Part shown: piece after piece, positions 47,501-58,944 of the stretch
Position numbering within the stretch: the stretch's first letter is position 1
Layout: the number at the start of each line of letters is the position of its first letter
NCBI GenBank assembly: GCA_038087875.1
Contig: CM075990.1
Span: 1,240,001-1,302,000, forward strand
DNA from: Malacoraja senta
Lineage: Eukaryota
Length of the DNA stretch: 62,000 bases
Reading direction: 5' to 3'
Notes under the pieces: model-generated
The model's input: the letters and a program-made list of their open reading frames with translations, nothing else
Database searches by the model: none
Told to the model about the DNA's origin: nothing
Translations under genes and position numbers: made by a program

Positions 47501-48904
47501 TACATGACCAGGGAACAGGAGGCACATCTCCAGAGAGAAGGAATGGGTGATGTTTCGGGTCGAGACCCTTTAGTATGGTCAGTATAATAATCTTTGTGGA
47601 GAGGAACAAGAGATGCGGGGAGATATCAAATGAATATTTTCATGAAGGAAAGAACTGCAAATGCTGGTTTATACCGAATATAGACACAAAGTGCTGGAGT
47701 AGCTCAGCAGGTCAGGCACTTTTTGTCTATCAAATAAATATTTCTCATCTACATTTACTAAGAAGATTGTTGAAGCCAAGAAAATGAGGCATTGTTGTGA
47801 TGCCTTGGCCCATATACGAATTACCAGGGAGATATTGGTGCTTTAAAGTGTACTAAATGTGGATAAATCCCCAGGGCCTGAACAAGTGCAATCTTAGACT
47901 TTGTGGGAGGCAAGGGAGGGAATTGAAGGGGCTCTTGCTGCGATATTTGCATCATCTTTAGCCATGGGTGTAGATCTGTATGACTGGAGGGTGGCTAATG
48001 TTGTGCCAAGGACAAGCAAGGCAACTACAGTCTGCCATCAATGGTGGGGAAGTTGTTGGAGGGGGTTCTGAAGGACAGGTTTGATCCTGACTATGGGTGC
48101 TGTCTGTATGGAGTTTGTACGTTCTCCCCGTGAAAAGTACAAAGTGAATTTAAAGAAAATTCTGCTTTAAGTGTCGAATAGGTCAGGAAGACACATAGAC
48201 ATACAAAGCTGGAGTTGGTTAGTAAACCAGCAGCTGCAGTTCCTTCCTACACATTTTGACAATGAAACACTGTTGACTTCGTTTACCAGCCCTTGGTTTG
48301 TGTGTGTGAGTGTACTGCTGAGTGCTCTGTGGTTACCACCATGTCACTCCTTTTAAATAAAATTATATTCTGCTTCACAGGAACTCAAACCCTCTACTGC
48401 TTGTCATTGACAACCCTGTTTATGTTATAAGCACCTTGCATTCACCATCACCTGCACCACTGAGATGGCTTCCGACCTTAGTTTGATTTAGTTTATTATT
48501 ATTGCCACGTGTACTGAGGTACAGTGAAAAGCTTTTTGTTGCGCGTCAGTTAAAAGACCGTACATGATTTTAATCATGCCGTCCACAGTGTGCAGATACA
48601 GGATAAAGGGAATAACGTTTAATACAAGATAAAGTCCGATTAAAGATAGCCCGAGGGTTTCCAATGAGGTGGATGGGAGGTCAGGACCGCTCTCTAGTTG
48701 TTGTTAGGATGGTTCAGTTGCCTGATAACAGCTGGGAAGAAACTCTCCCTGAATCTGGAGGTGTGCGTTTTCACATTTCTGTACCTCTTGCCTGATGGGA
48801 GAGGGGAGAAGAGTGGTGAGGGGGGTGAGACTTTTATCCATTTACAATATGGTTTTATTCTGGCTGGAGGTCTGTGAACAGTGGAGTTCTCAAGGGATCT
48901 TTTT

Positions 48905-49207
48905 AAAGTTTAGTTTAGAGATACATTGCAGACACAGGCCCTTCTGCACACCGAGTCTGCGCCGACCAGCGATCCCCACACACTTACACTGTCCAACACA
49001 CACCAGGGACAATTTAAATTTTTACCAAGCCAATTAACCTACAAACCTGTACGTCTTTGGAATGTGGGTGGAAACCGGAGCACGCAGAGAAAACCCGTGT
49101 GGTCACATGGAGAATGCACAAACTCCGTACAGACAAAACCCGTAGTCAGGATCAAAGCTGGGTCTCTAGCGCTGTGAGGCAGTGACTCTGCCGCTGCGCT
49201 ACCGTGC
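48905..49207 (-). mobile_element. V-SINE/HE1-like SINE
   Basis: Reverse complement of gcacggtagcgcagcggcagag...tttgatcctgact...gagtttgtgcattctcc plus tail. Confidence 0.7.
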
Positions 49208-50242
49208 TGTTCTGGGACCTGGGCCCAAATTTCCACAATGGGATGGCATGTGACTGGAAGGGGAGCTGGTGGGGTTGGTCTTCATAGACCTGACCCCCTT
49301 GGTGATGGCCTTGGATTTGGGAGCTGTTCCTGAAGCAGCCAAGGTTGTACTGTCTACACTGGGTACACACTGTGCACCTGTGGTGGAGAAACAATTTGTA
49401 AGACAGTCAATGAGCGTTTGGCTGGTGTCAAGCCTCTTGAGAACTTTGATGTTGCATTAATCCAGGCAAGTGGTGGGAGGTCCACCATAGTCCGGGTAGA
49501 TCTTGGTCCTTTGTAGATGTTGGGCAGGATGTGGGATGTCAGGAGGTGAGACAACTGCCTGTGACCTGCTCTTGCAACCAAGATATTTATGTGACAGGTT
49601 CAGTTCAATTTCTGATCAATGGTGACTCCCGATATTGATGGTGGCGGCCTTGACAATGTAAAACCATCAATATAGAACATAGAACATAGAACAGTACAGA
49701 AGATAGACACAACATGTTGGAGTAACTCAGCGGGACAAGCAGCATCTCTGGAGTGAAGGAATGGGTGGTGTTTTGGGTCGAGACCCTTCTTCATTTTCAG
49801 GTCCCTTCTCGACCTGTGACCTTCTCGACGCATCACCAATTCCTTATCTCCAGAGATGCTGCCTGTCCCACTGAGTTACTCCAGCATTTTGTGTCTATCT
49901 TCAATTTAAACTATGTAGTTCCTTCCTACATAGGACACTACAGCACAGGAACACGCCCTTTTTTCCACAATGTCTTTGCCGAACATGATGCCAAGAAAAA
50001 ATAATCTCATCTGCCTGCAGGTGATCCATCTCTCTCCGTTCTCTGCATACCCTATCCTAGCTAAAAAGCCACTATTCTCTCTGCCTCCACCACCACCCCT
50101 GGCAGCATAATCCAAGCACCCACACACTCTGTATAAAAACCTTCACTGCACATCCCTTTTAAATTTTGCCCATCTCACCTTAAAGTTATGCTCAACCAGC
50201 GTTAGACATTCTGACCGTCTACTGTACCTATGACTCCTATTC

Positions 50243-50830
50243 ATAGACTACAGCTCTGCCTTTAACACCATTATACCGTCCAAGCTCATCACCAAACTAG
50301 TGGGACTTAATGTCAGCACTCACCTCTGCAACTGGATCCTCGACCAACAGACCCCAATCAGTGAGGATAGGGGACAAATCATCCTCCACGATAATCCTCA
50401 ATACAGTGGGCTCCGCAAGGATGTGTTCTCAGCCCCTTCTTTACCCCTTGTACACCCACCACTGTGCAGCCATGTACAAATCTAATTCCATTTGTAAATT
50501 CACCGACGACACCACCATTGTGGGCCGGATATCAAATAATGATGAGACGGAGTACGGGAAGGAGATTGAGAACCTCATGTCTTGGTGTTGAGACAACAAC
50601 CTTTCTCTCAATGTCAGCAAGATAGTGATGGACTTCAGGAAGTGAAGCGATACACATGCCCCAGTTTGTATTGACGGTGCCGAAGTTGAGATGGTTGAAA
50701 ACAAATTTCAAGGAGTCAATATCACCAACAACTTCTCCTGGACCTCCCATACTGAAGCAACGACCAAGAAAGCACACCAACGCCTTTACTTCCTGAGAAG
50801 ACTTAGGAAGTTTGGCATGTCCCCTACAAC
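50243..50830 (+). mobile_element. Rex1/Babar-type LINE RT fragment
   Basis: [48 protein letters not shown]. Confidence 0.8.
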
Positions 50831-50833
50831 TCA

Positions 50834-51505
50834 AGTTCAAGTTCAAGTTCACATTTATTGTCACATGCACCAATCGGTACAGTGTAATTTGTGTTACCAT
50901 ACAGCCATACTAATAAAATGAACACAATACTCAATAGAAATTAACATAAACATTAACAATGAACATTTCTCACTGTGATGGAAATCAATAAAGTTTAGTC
51001 AATCTTCCTCCTTTTGTTCACCTGTGGTCGGAGCCTAGAACCTTCCGCAGTCGCCGCTACGGACGGCCCGATGTACAGGCCCTCTCGTCCGGATGATCGA
51101 AACTCCGGCGTCGGAACGAATCGGAACACACCGCGGCTGGAGTTTCCGAATCGGCCGCTTCTTACCGGAGAACGTGGCTTCCGAAGTCCACAGGCCCTGC
51201 TGGACAGAGCTCCAACACTGGCGATCCTCGACAGGACCCCAGGCTCCACGATGGTAATTCCACGTAGCGCCTGCTGCTGAAGCTCTGGGCTCTGGGCCAG
51301 TCTCCGGTCGGAAAGGCCGCGCCAATCCAATTGGTAGACGCAAGGGGGTCGAAGTTGCGACACGGAGAAAAGACGCATCTCCGTCCAGGTAAGTGATTGA
51401 AAAACGGTTCCCCCCTATTCCGCCCCCCCCCCCCACCACCCCCCACATAAGACATACTGAGAAACATTAAAACATACATTTCGATGCACTAAAAATAACA
51501 AAAAA
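50834..51505 (-). repeat. Unclassified interspersed repeat related to 584-1240
   Basis: Shared blocks as for 584-1240; aataaa plus (tgaact)n tail on the minus strand. Confidence 0.55.
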
Positions 51506-53012
51506 AGCTATTTAGATTCTTAGATCACTGGGATCTGTTTTGGGGTAAGGGGGAACTGTACAAAAGGGATGGATTGCATCTTAACAGGTGTGGGACCAGC
51601 ATTCTGGCAGGCAGGTTTGCCACTGCTACACGGGTGGTTTTAAACAAGGATATGGCGGACCAATTGAATAACTACTTTGGTTCCGTCTTCACTATGGAAG
51701 ACATAAATAATCTGCCAGAAATAGCAGGGGACCACGGGTCAAAGGAGTTGGAGGAATTGAGTGAAATCCAGGTTAGTCGGGAAGTGGTGTTGGGTAAATT
51801 GAATGGATTAAAGGCCGATAAATCCCCAGGGCCAGATAGACTGCATCCCAGAGTACTTAAGGAAGTAGCTCCAGAAATAGTGGATGCATTAGTAATAATC
51901 TTTCAAAACTCTTTAGATTCTGGAGTAGTTCCTGCGGATTGGCGGGTAGCAAACGTAACCCCACTTTTTAAGAAGGGAGGGAGAGAGAAAACAAGGAATT
52001 ACAGACCAGTTAGTCTAACATCAGTAGTGGGGAAACTGCTAGAGTCAGTTATTAAAGATGGGATAGCAGCACATTTGGAAAGTGGTGAAATCATTGGACA
52101 AAGTCAGCATGGATTTACGAAAGGTAAATCATGTCTGACGAATCTTATAGAATTTTTCGAGGATGTAACTACTAGCGTGGATAGGGGAGAACCAGTGGAT
52201 GTGGTGTATCTGGACTTCCAGAAGGCTTTCGACAAGGTCCCACATAAGAGATTAGTATACAAACTTAAAGCACATGGCATTGGGGGTTCAGTATTGATGT
52301 GGATAGAGAACTGGCTGGCAAACAGGAAGCAAAGAGTAGGAGTAAACGGGTCCTTTTCACAATGGCAGGCAGTGACTAGTGGGGTACCGCAAAAGGATTT
52401 GAGTATAGGAGCAGGGAGGTTCTACTGCAGTTGTACAGGGTCTTGGTGAGACCACACCTGGAGTATTGCGTACAGTTTTGGTCTCCAAATCTGAGGAAGG
52501 ACATTATTGCCATAGAGGGAGTGCAGAGAAGGTTCACCAGACTGATTCTTGGGATGTCAGGACTGTGTTATGAAGAAAGACTGGATAGACTTGGTTTATA
52601 CTCTCTAGAATTTAGGTGATTGAGAGGGGATCTTATAGAAACTTACAAAATTCTCAAGGGGTTGGACAGGCTAGATGCAGGAAGATTGCTCCCGATGTTG
52701 GGGAAGTCCAGGACAAGAGGTCACAGCTTAAGGATAAGGTGGAAATCCTTTAAAACCGAGATGAGAATAACCTTTTTCACACAGAGAGTGGTGAATCTCT
52801 GGAACTCTCTGCCACAGAGGGTAGTCGAGGCCAGTTCATTGGCTATATTTAAGAGGGAGTTAGATGTGGCCCTTGTGGCTAAAGGGATCAGAGGGTATGG
52901 AGAGAAGGCGGGTACGGGATACTGAGTTGGATGATCAGCCATGATCATATTGAATGGCTCGAAGGGTCGAATGGCCTACTCCTGCACCTAATTTCTATGT
53001 TTCTATGTTTCT
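51506..53012 (+). mobile_element. CR1 LINE with two internal deletions; SGNH-esterase ORF1 end fused in frame to ORF2
   Basis: LDHWDLFWG...DGLHLN (esterase) joins KDMADQLNNYF at ~51645; GVPQ joins the ORF2 C-terminal region at ~52392; intact 3' tail (ttctatgt)n. Confidence 0.88.
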
Positions 53013-53168
53013 AAAGTGCTGGCGAGGCAGCCACTGCGGTGGCGCCACCCGATGGTGGGTGGTTTCTCACCAACTTCTGCAGATGCTCCCTCTTAAATAT
53101 AGCCAATGAACTCTTGGTCTATACCTTGATCGGACTTTACTGGCTTTACTTTGCACTAAATGTTATTA

Positions 53169-54385
53169 CATAGAAACATAGAAATTAAATGCAGGAGTAG
53201 GCCATTCGGCCGTTCGAGCCAGCGCCGCCATTCAATATGATCATGGCTGATTATCCAAAATCAGTAACCTGTTCCTGATTGTTCCACATATTCCTTGATT
53301 CCACTAGCACCAAGAGCTAAATCTAACTCTCACTTGAAAACATCCAGTGAATTGGTCTCCACTGCCTTGTGTGGCAGAGAATTCTACAGATTCACAACTC
53401 TCTGGGTGAAAATGTTTTTCCTCATCTCAGTCCTAAATGGCCTACCCCTTACTCTTAAACTGTGACCCCTGGTTCTGGACTCCCCCAACATTGGGAACAT
53501 TTTTTCTGCATCTACACTGTTTAATTGCTTAAGAATTTTATATATTTCTATAAGATTCCCTCCCATCCTACTAAATTCAAGTGAATACAAGCCCAGTCAA
53601 CACATTTTTCCATCATCTATCAGTCCCGCCATCCCAGGAATTAACCTGGTGAACCTACGCTGCACTCCCTCAAAAGTAAGAATGTCCTTTCTCAAATTAG
53701 GAGACCAAAACTGTACACAATCCTCCAGGTGTCGTCTCACCAGGGCCCTGTATAACTGCAGTCGGACAACCTTGCTCCTAAATCCAAATCCTCTCGCAAT
53801 GAATGCCATTTGCTATCTTTATTGCTTGCTGTACCTGCATGCTTACTTTCAGTGACTGATGTACAAGGACCCCCAGGTCTCGTTGCACCTCCCCCTTTTT
53901 CTAATGACACCATTCAGATAATAATCTGACTTCATGTTCTTGCCATGAAAGTGAATAACTCACATTTATCCACATTATCCTGCATCTGCCATGCATTTGC
54001 CCACTCAACCAACCTATCCAAATCACCCTGCAGCCTCATAGCATCCTTCTTGCAGCTCACACTGCCACCCAGCTTTGTGTTATCTGCAAACTTGGAGATG
54101 TTACATTTAATTCCCTCGTCTAAATCGTTAATATATATTGTAAACAACTGGGGTTCCAACACTGAGCCTTGCGGCACCCCAATAGTCACTGCCTGCCACT
54201 CTGAAAAGGACCCGTTAATTCCTACTCTTTGCTTCCTGTCTGCCAACCAGTTCTCTATCCATGTCAATACCCTACCCAACACAATACCATGTGCTCTAAT
54301 TTTGCACACTAATCTCTTGTGTGGGACCTTGTCAAAGGCTTTTTGAAAGTCCAGATACACCACCTACTGGTTCTCCCTTATCCAT
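53169..54385 (-). mobile_element. CR1 LINE 3' fragment
   Basis: [39 protein letters not shown]; (catagaaa)n tail. Confidence 0.9.
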
Positions 54386-54618
54386 CCTTATCATGAGTCA
54401 CTGTAAATGGCTCAATTGTAATCATGTATTGTCTTTCCGCTGACTGGTTAGCACGCAATAAAAGCTTTCCCGTGTACCTCGTACACGTGACAATAAACTA
54501 AACTGTAACTATGCCTCTCATAATTTTATATTCTTCTATCTCTGCCTCTCACAACTTTATAGACTTCTATCAGGTCTCCCCTCCATCACTGCCACTCCGG
54601 AGACAACAATCAATCACA

Positions 54619-54935
54619 GGGCAGTCACGGTGGGTGGCGCAGCGGTCAAGTTGCTGCCTTATAGCGAATGCAGCGCCAAGACCCTGGTTCGATCCTGACT
54701 ACGGATGCTGTCTGTACGGAGTGTGCCCGCGTAGGATTTCTCCGGGAACCCTGGTTTCCTCCCCTGGTTTTCTCCGGGAACCCTGGTTTCCTCCCCCACT
54801 CCAGATGTGCAGGTTTGTTGGTTAATTGGCTTCGGTAGAATTGTAAATTGTCCCTAGTGTTCGTGTGTGGGGATTGCTGGGTGGCGCGGACTCGAAGGGC
54901 CTGTTTCCGTGCTGTATCTCTAAACTAAACTAAAA
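54619..54935 (+). mobile_element. V-SINE/HE1-like SINE
   Basis: gggcagtcacgg..ggcgcagcgg...ggttcgatcctgact...cctgtttccgtgctgtatctctaaactaaac. Confidence 0.7.
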
Positions 54936-56867
54936 GTAAAGTGCGTCCAACCTTTCCATGCAGCTAATACCATTTATTCAGGATGCATCACAGGATGGTT
55001 TGGGAACAGCTACATTCAACACCACAAGAAATCCCAAAGAGTCATGGACAAAGCCCAGACCATCACGCAAATCAGTCTGAAGAAGGGTCTCGATCCAAAA
55101 CGTCATCTATTCCTTCTGTTCCACTGAGTTACTCCAGCATTTTGTGTCTATCCTTGGTTTAAACCAGCATCTGCAGTTCCTTCCTACGCAAATCAACCTT
55201 CCTTCTATGGACTCCATCTACACTTCATGGCAAGGCCAGCAGCATGATCAAGGACCAGTCTCACCCCGGCCATTTCCTCTTCTCCCCTCTCTCATCAGGC
55301 AAGAGTTACAGAAGTGTGAAAACGCACACCACCAGATTCAGTGATTAATCCTGACCTCCCATCTATTTAAAAGACACAAAGTGCTTGAGTAACTCAGCGC
55401 GTCAGGCAGTATCTCTGGAGAAAAAGGATGGGTGACCCTTCTTCATAGATTGGGTTCCTTCTTCAAACTGAAAGTTGAGTGGGGGAGCGGGGGGCAACTA
55501 GAAGTAGGAAACTACTTCTTTGGAGACCCTCAGACTATCTTTCATCAGACTTTAGCAAACTTTATCCTGCCACTAAACGTTGTTCCTTTGATAAATCATC
55601 AGGTCATGAGTGATGGGAACAGAATTAGGCCATTTGGCCCTTTAAGTCTGCTCTGCCATTCAATCATAGCTTATCTATCACTCCCTCCTAAGCCCATTCA
55701 CCTGCCTTCTCCCCATAACCCTGACACCTGTACTAATCCAGAATCCTGATGCTGTATCAAGCCTGTGGACGGCTTGACTGTAATCATGTAGTATTTTCTT
55801 TGACTGGATAGCACGCAACAAAATTGTTCACTGTACCTTGGTACACATGACAGTAATAAACTGAACAAAAACGTATTCTGAAGAAGCGTCTCGACACGAA
55901 ATGTCACCGATTCCTTTTCTCCAGAGATGCTGCCTGACCTGTTGTGTTACCCCAGCACTTTGTGTCTCCCTAAACTGACGCAGGCAGCAATCTCATAATC
56001 CTCTTCTACACCCTGTCCAAAGCCGAGCTTAAAGGCAGCATGCATCCCTCTGTACAGTGTGGTCACCACACCGCAGGGAGGACAGCAGCACACTGCAGGA
56101 TACAGAGACACTACAGGACATCGCCCAAGCTGGGTGTTTTGGAAGAGCACGGAGCAGAGATCTAATCACAGTCAGTGAAATGACATGAGGCTGAAATGAA
56201 GCTATGGTACGCTTGGCTTCATTGAGCAGTGAGCATTGAATTTTTGAATTAAAAAGGTCGTGTGGCAGCTTTATAATGCTCTGGTGCTGCATTTGGAGTA
56301 TTCTTTAGTCAGAGGGTGGTGAATCCGTGGAACTCATTGCCACAGAGGGCTGTGGAGGCCATCAGCGGATATTTTTAACACCGAGAAAGACAATTCTTGA
56401 TTAGAACAGGTGTCAGGAGTTATGGGGAGAACGCAGGAAGATGGGTTTAGGGGGCAGAGATCAGCCATGTTGAATGGTGGAGTAGACATGATGGGCCAAA
56501 CTGCCTCATCTAACCCTATAACTTGTGAGTATTGCATGCAGTTCTGATTGCCCCACTACAGGAAGGATGTGGAGACTTTGTAGAGGGTACACAGGTTTAC
56601 CAGAATGATGGACACATAGAGCTGGAGTAACTCAGCAGGTCGGGCAGTATCTCTGGAGAAAAAGGATGGGTGACATTTCTGGTCAGGACCCTTCTTCAGA
56701 CTGAAAGTAGAGGGGGATGGGGAGAGGGGGCCAGCAACAGATGACCAAGGAAGAGTGGACCTCATTATGGTCCATTGTTGGCTGGGGAAGAGGTGAAACA
56801 AAGGGATAAGAAGTGAACAGTGGAACTGGTAGGATGACTGGGAGGAGGGAGAGAGAGGAAATGCAAG

Positions 56868-57187
56868 TTTAGTTTAGTTTAGGAATATAGAGCGGAAACA
56901 GCCCCTTCGACCCACCGGCTCCGCACCGACAAGCGATCCCTGCACATTAACACTTTCCTACTCACACTGGGGAAAATGTTTACATTTACCAAGCTAATTA
57001 ACCTACAAACCTGTATGTCTTTGGAGCGTGGGAGGAAACCGAAGAGCTCGGAGAAATCCCACGTGGTCACAGGGAGAACGTACAAACTCCGTACAGACAG
57101 CACCGGTAGTCGGGATCGAACCCGGGTCTCCGGCGCTGCATTCACTGTAAGGCAGCAATTCTACCATTGGGCAACCGTGACTGCCCT
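56868..57187 (-). mobile_element. V-SINE/HE1-like SINE
   Basis: Reverse complement of gggcagtcacggttgccc...gggttcgatcccgact...ggagtttgtacgttctccc plus (ctaaa)n tail. Confidence 0.75.
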
Positions 57188-57576
57188 TACTTGGAATTAG
57201 AGAAGTCAATGTCCATACCACTGGGGTGTAAACTACCCAAGCGAAATATGAGATGCTGTTCCTCCAGGACAGAAAGGTCAGTGTGGAATGGGAGGGGGAG
57301 TTGAAGTGGCTGGGGGAGTTGAAGTGGCTCAAGATGGCTGCTGTTGCTGCGTGAGGGTTTGACACAAGCTCTAGTCTGCAGGCTCAACTATTTGTCTATT
57401 GGTGGCGTTCTGAGATTCCTTCTACACTCTAACTCTCCTGGTGTCAATGAACAATTTTTGGTGAATCTAAAAAGCAAGGTAGAACAACTTTAGCATTAAA
57501 AATAACTAATTACTAATTACTGGACTATCTTCTACCTTCTACTATTCAGTGGAGTGAAAAGACTATTGGTCTTACA

Positions 57577-58315
57577 ATGGGCGAGCCAGTTACCCTCCAA
57601 AGTGTCTTGGATAACATGCAGCAAATGCAGCTCAACATGATATTACATATGGACAGTAAAATTGATCCAATTGGAGCAAGCCTGACTAACATTGAAGGTT
57701 CACTTCAAACGCTTGGAGAGCACGTAACAGAGCTTGATCATAGTTAGCTCCAACGAGGATAATATAATAGACCTGGTTGGACGTGTAACATCACTTGAAA
57801 AAGAAAACGCTGACCTGAAAACTTGGGCAGATGACGCTGAGAACAGAAGCAGATGTTCCAACTTACGTTTCGTCGGCATCCCCGAGAGGATTGAGTCCAA
57901 AGATATCTCCGGATTCATGGGCCGTCTGATACCGCAGCTTTTTGGTGAGGCAAATTTCCCCACTCCTCTAGTGATTGAGCGTTGTCACCGTGCTGGTCGC
58001 AAGGATAACTCCAGAGCCAAGGGTCCGAGGCCTATCCTGGTGAAGTTCCACTATTTCCAGGATAAGCTGAGGATAATGAAGCTCTCCCGGGAGAAAAATG
58101 TGCCCCTTGAGTACAATGGAGCTCGGGTTCATGTCTACCCGGACTTCAGCGCTGCTCTTGTCCAGAGACGCCGGGAGTATGATGCGGCTAAGAAGAAGTT
58201 ACGCGACCGTGACATTAAATATGCATTGATCTTTCCTTGCACACTGAGAGTTGTCTACGCTGGCAAGACACAGTTCTTTCGCACTCCTGATGAAGTTGAG
58301 ACATTTTTTTGGTGA
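57577..58315 (+). pseudogene. LINE ORF1, L1/transposase-22-like (coiled coil, RRM, CTD), one frameshift near 57742
   Basis: MGEPVTLQ... then ENRSRCSNLRFVGIPE, IERCHR, PRPILVKF, VYPDFS, LIFPCTLRV. Confidence 0.85.
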
Positions 58316-58944
58316 GCTCTCCTCCATTAACTCCTCCATGGACTCTGATATAACAGCCTAATGTTGGGTGGCCAGTGGCTGGTGATAGCGTTAGCACAAT
58401 AATGCTGTTGCCTATGAACTTTGTGTTTAGCTGGTTTTTGGTTGTATTTTTCTTGATTTTGATAAAATGATGCCAGCGGCTCCTCTTGTAATTATATAAC
58501 CGCTGGACCAGCATTGATTTTTCTGTCTTATTTGCAAAGTTGAAGCTGGCATGAGAGTTGTTATGATTGATGCTGCTTTACTACTGTTGCCGTAAAAAGT
58601 GTCGCAATTGCCGTAAACGTTGTAAAACTAAGAGTTGTTATTTTGGGCTTCATAATGCCCCATTAATTTAAACATAAATGGTGCAGGACCTCATACTTTG
58701 ATCTATTTGCATAAATATGAGCTATGCAGACTGAGGTGTGTATGCTCACTTTGTTCTTCTTTTTCTCTCTCTCTCTCCTCTCTCAATGACGCAGCCTGAT
58801 CTTGTGTGCTTTTGTCTGTCCTGTCTTTTGTGTGTGTGTGTCTGTGTCAATCTGTGTATGTGGCTCTCTCGTCCCCTTTCTCATGCTATTTCCCTGCCTC
58901 ATCCCCCGACCTTATCTACACCCAATTGATCCACAATTGATACA

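Noticed and set aside
51375..51397. acttacctgg on the minus strand resembling the U1 snRNA 5' end (U1-derived SINE)
   Set aside because: The match is ~10 nt, is absent from the sister copy at ~1165-1185, and no further U1 sequence or Sm site follows.
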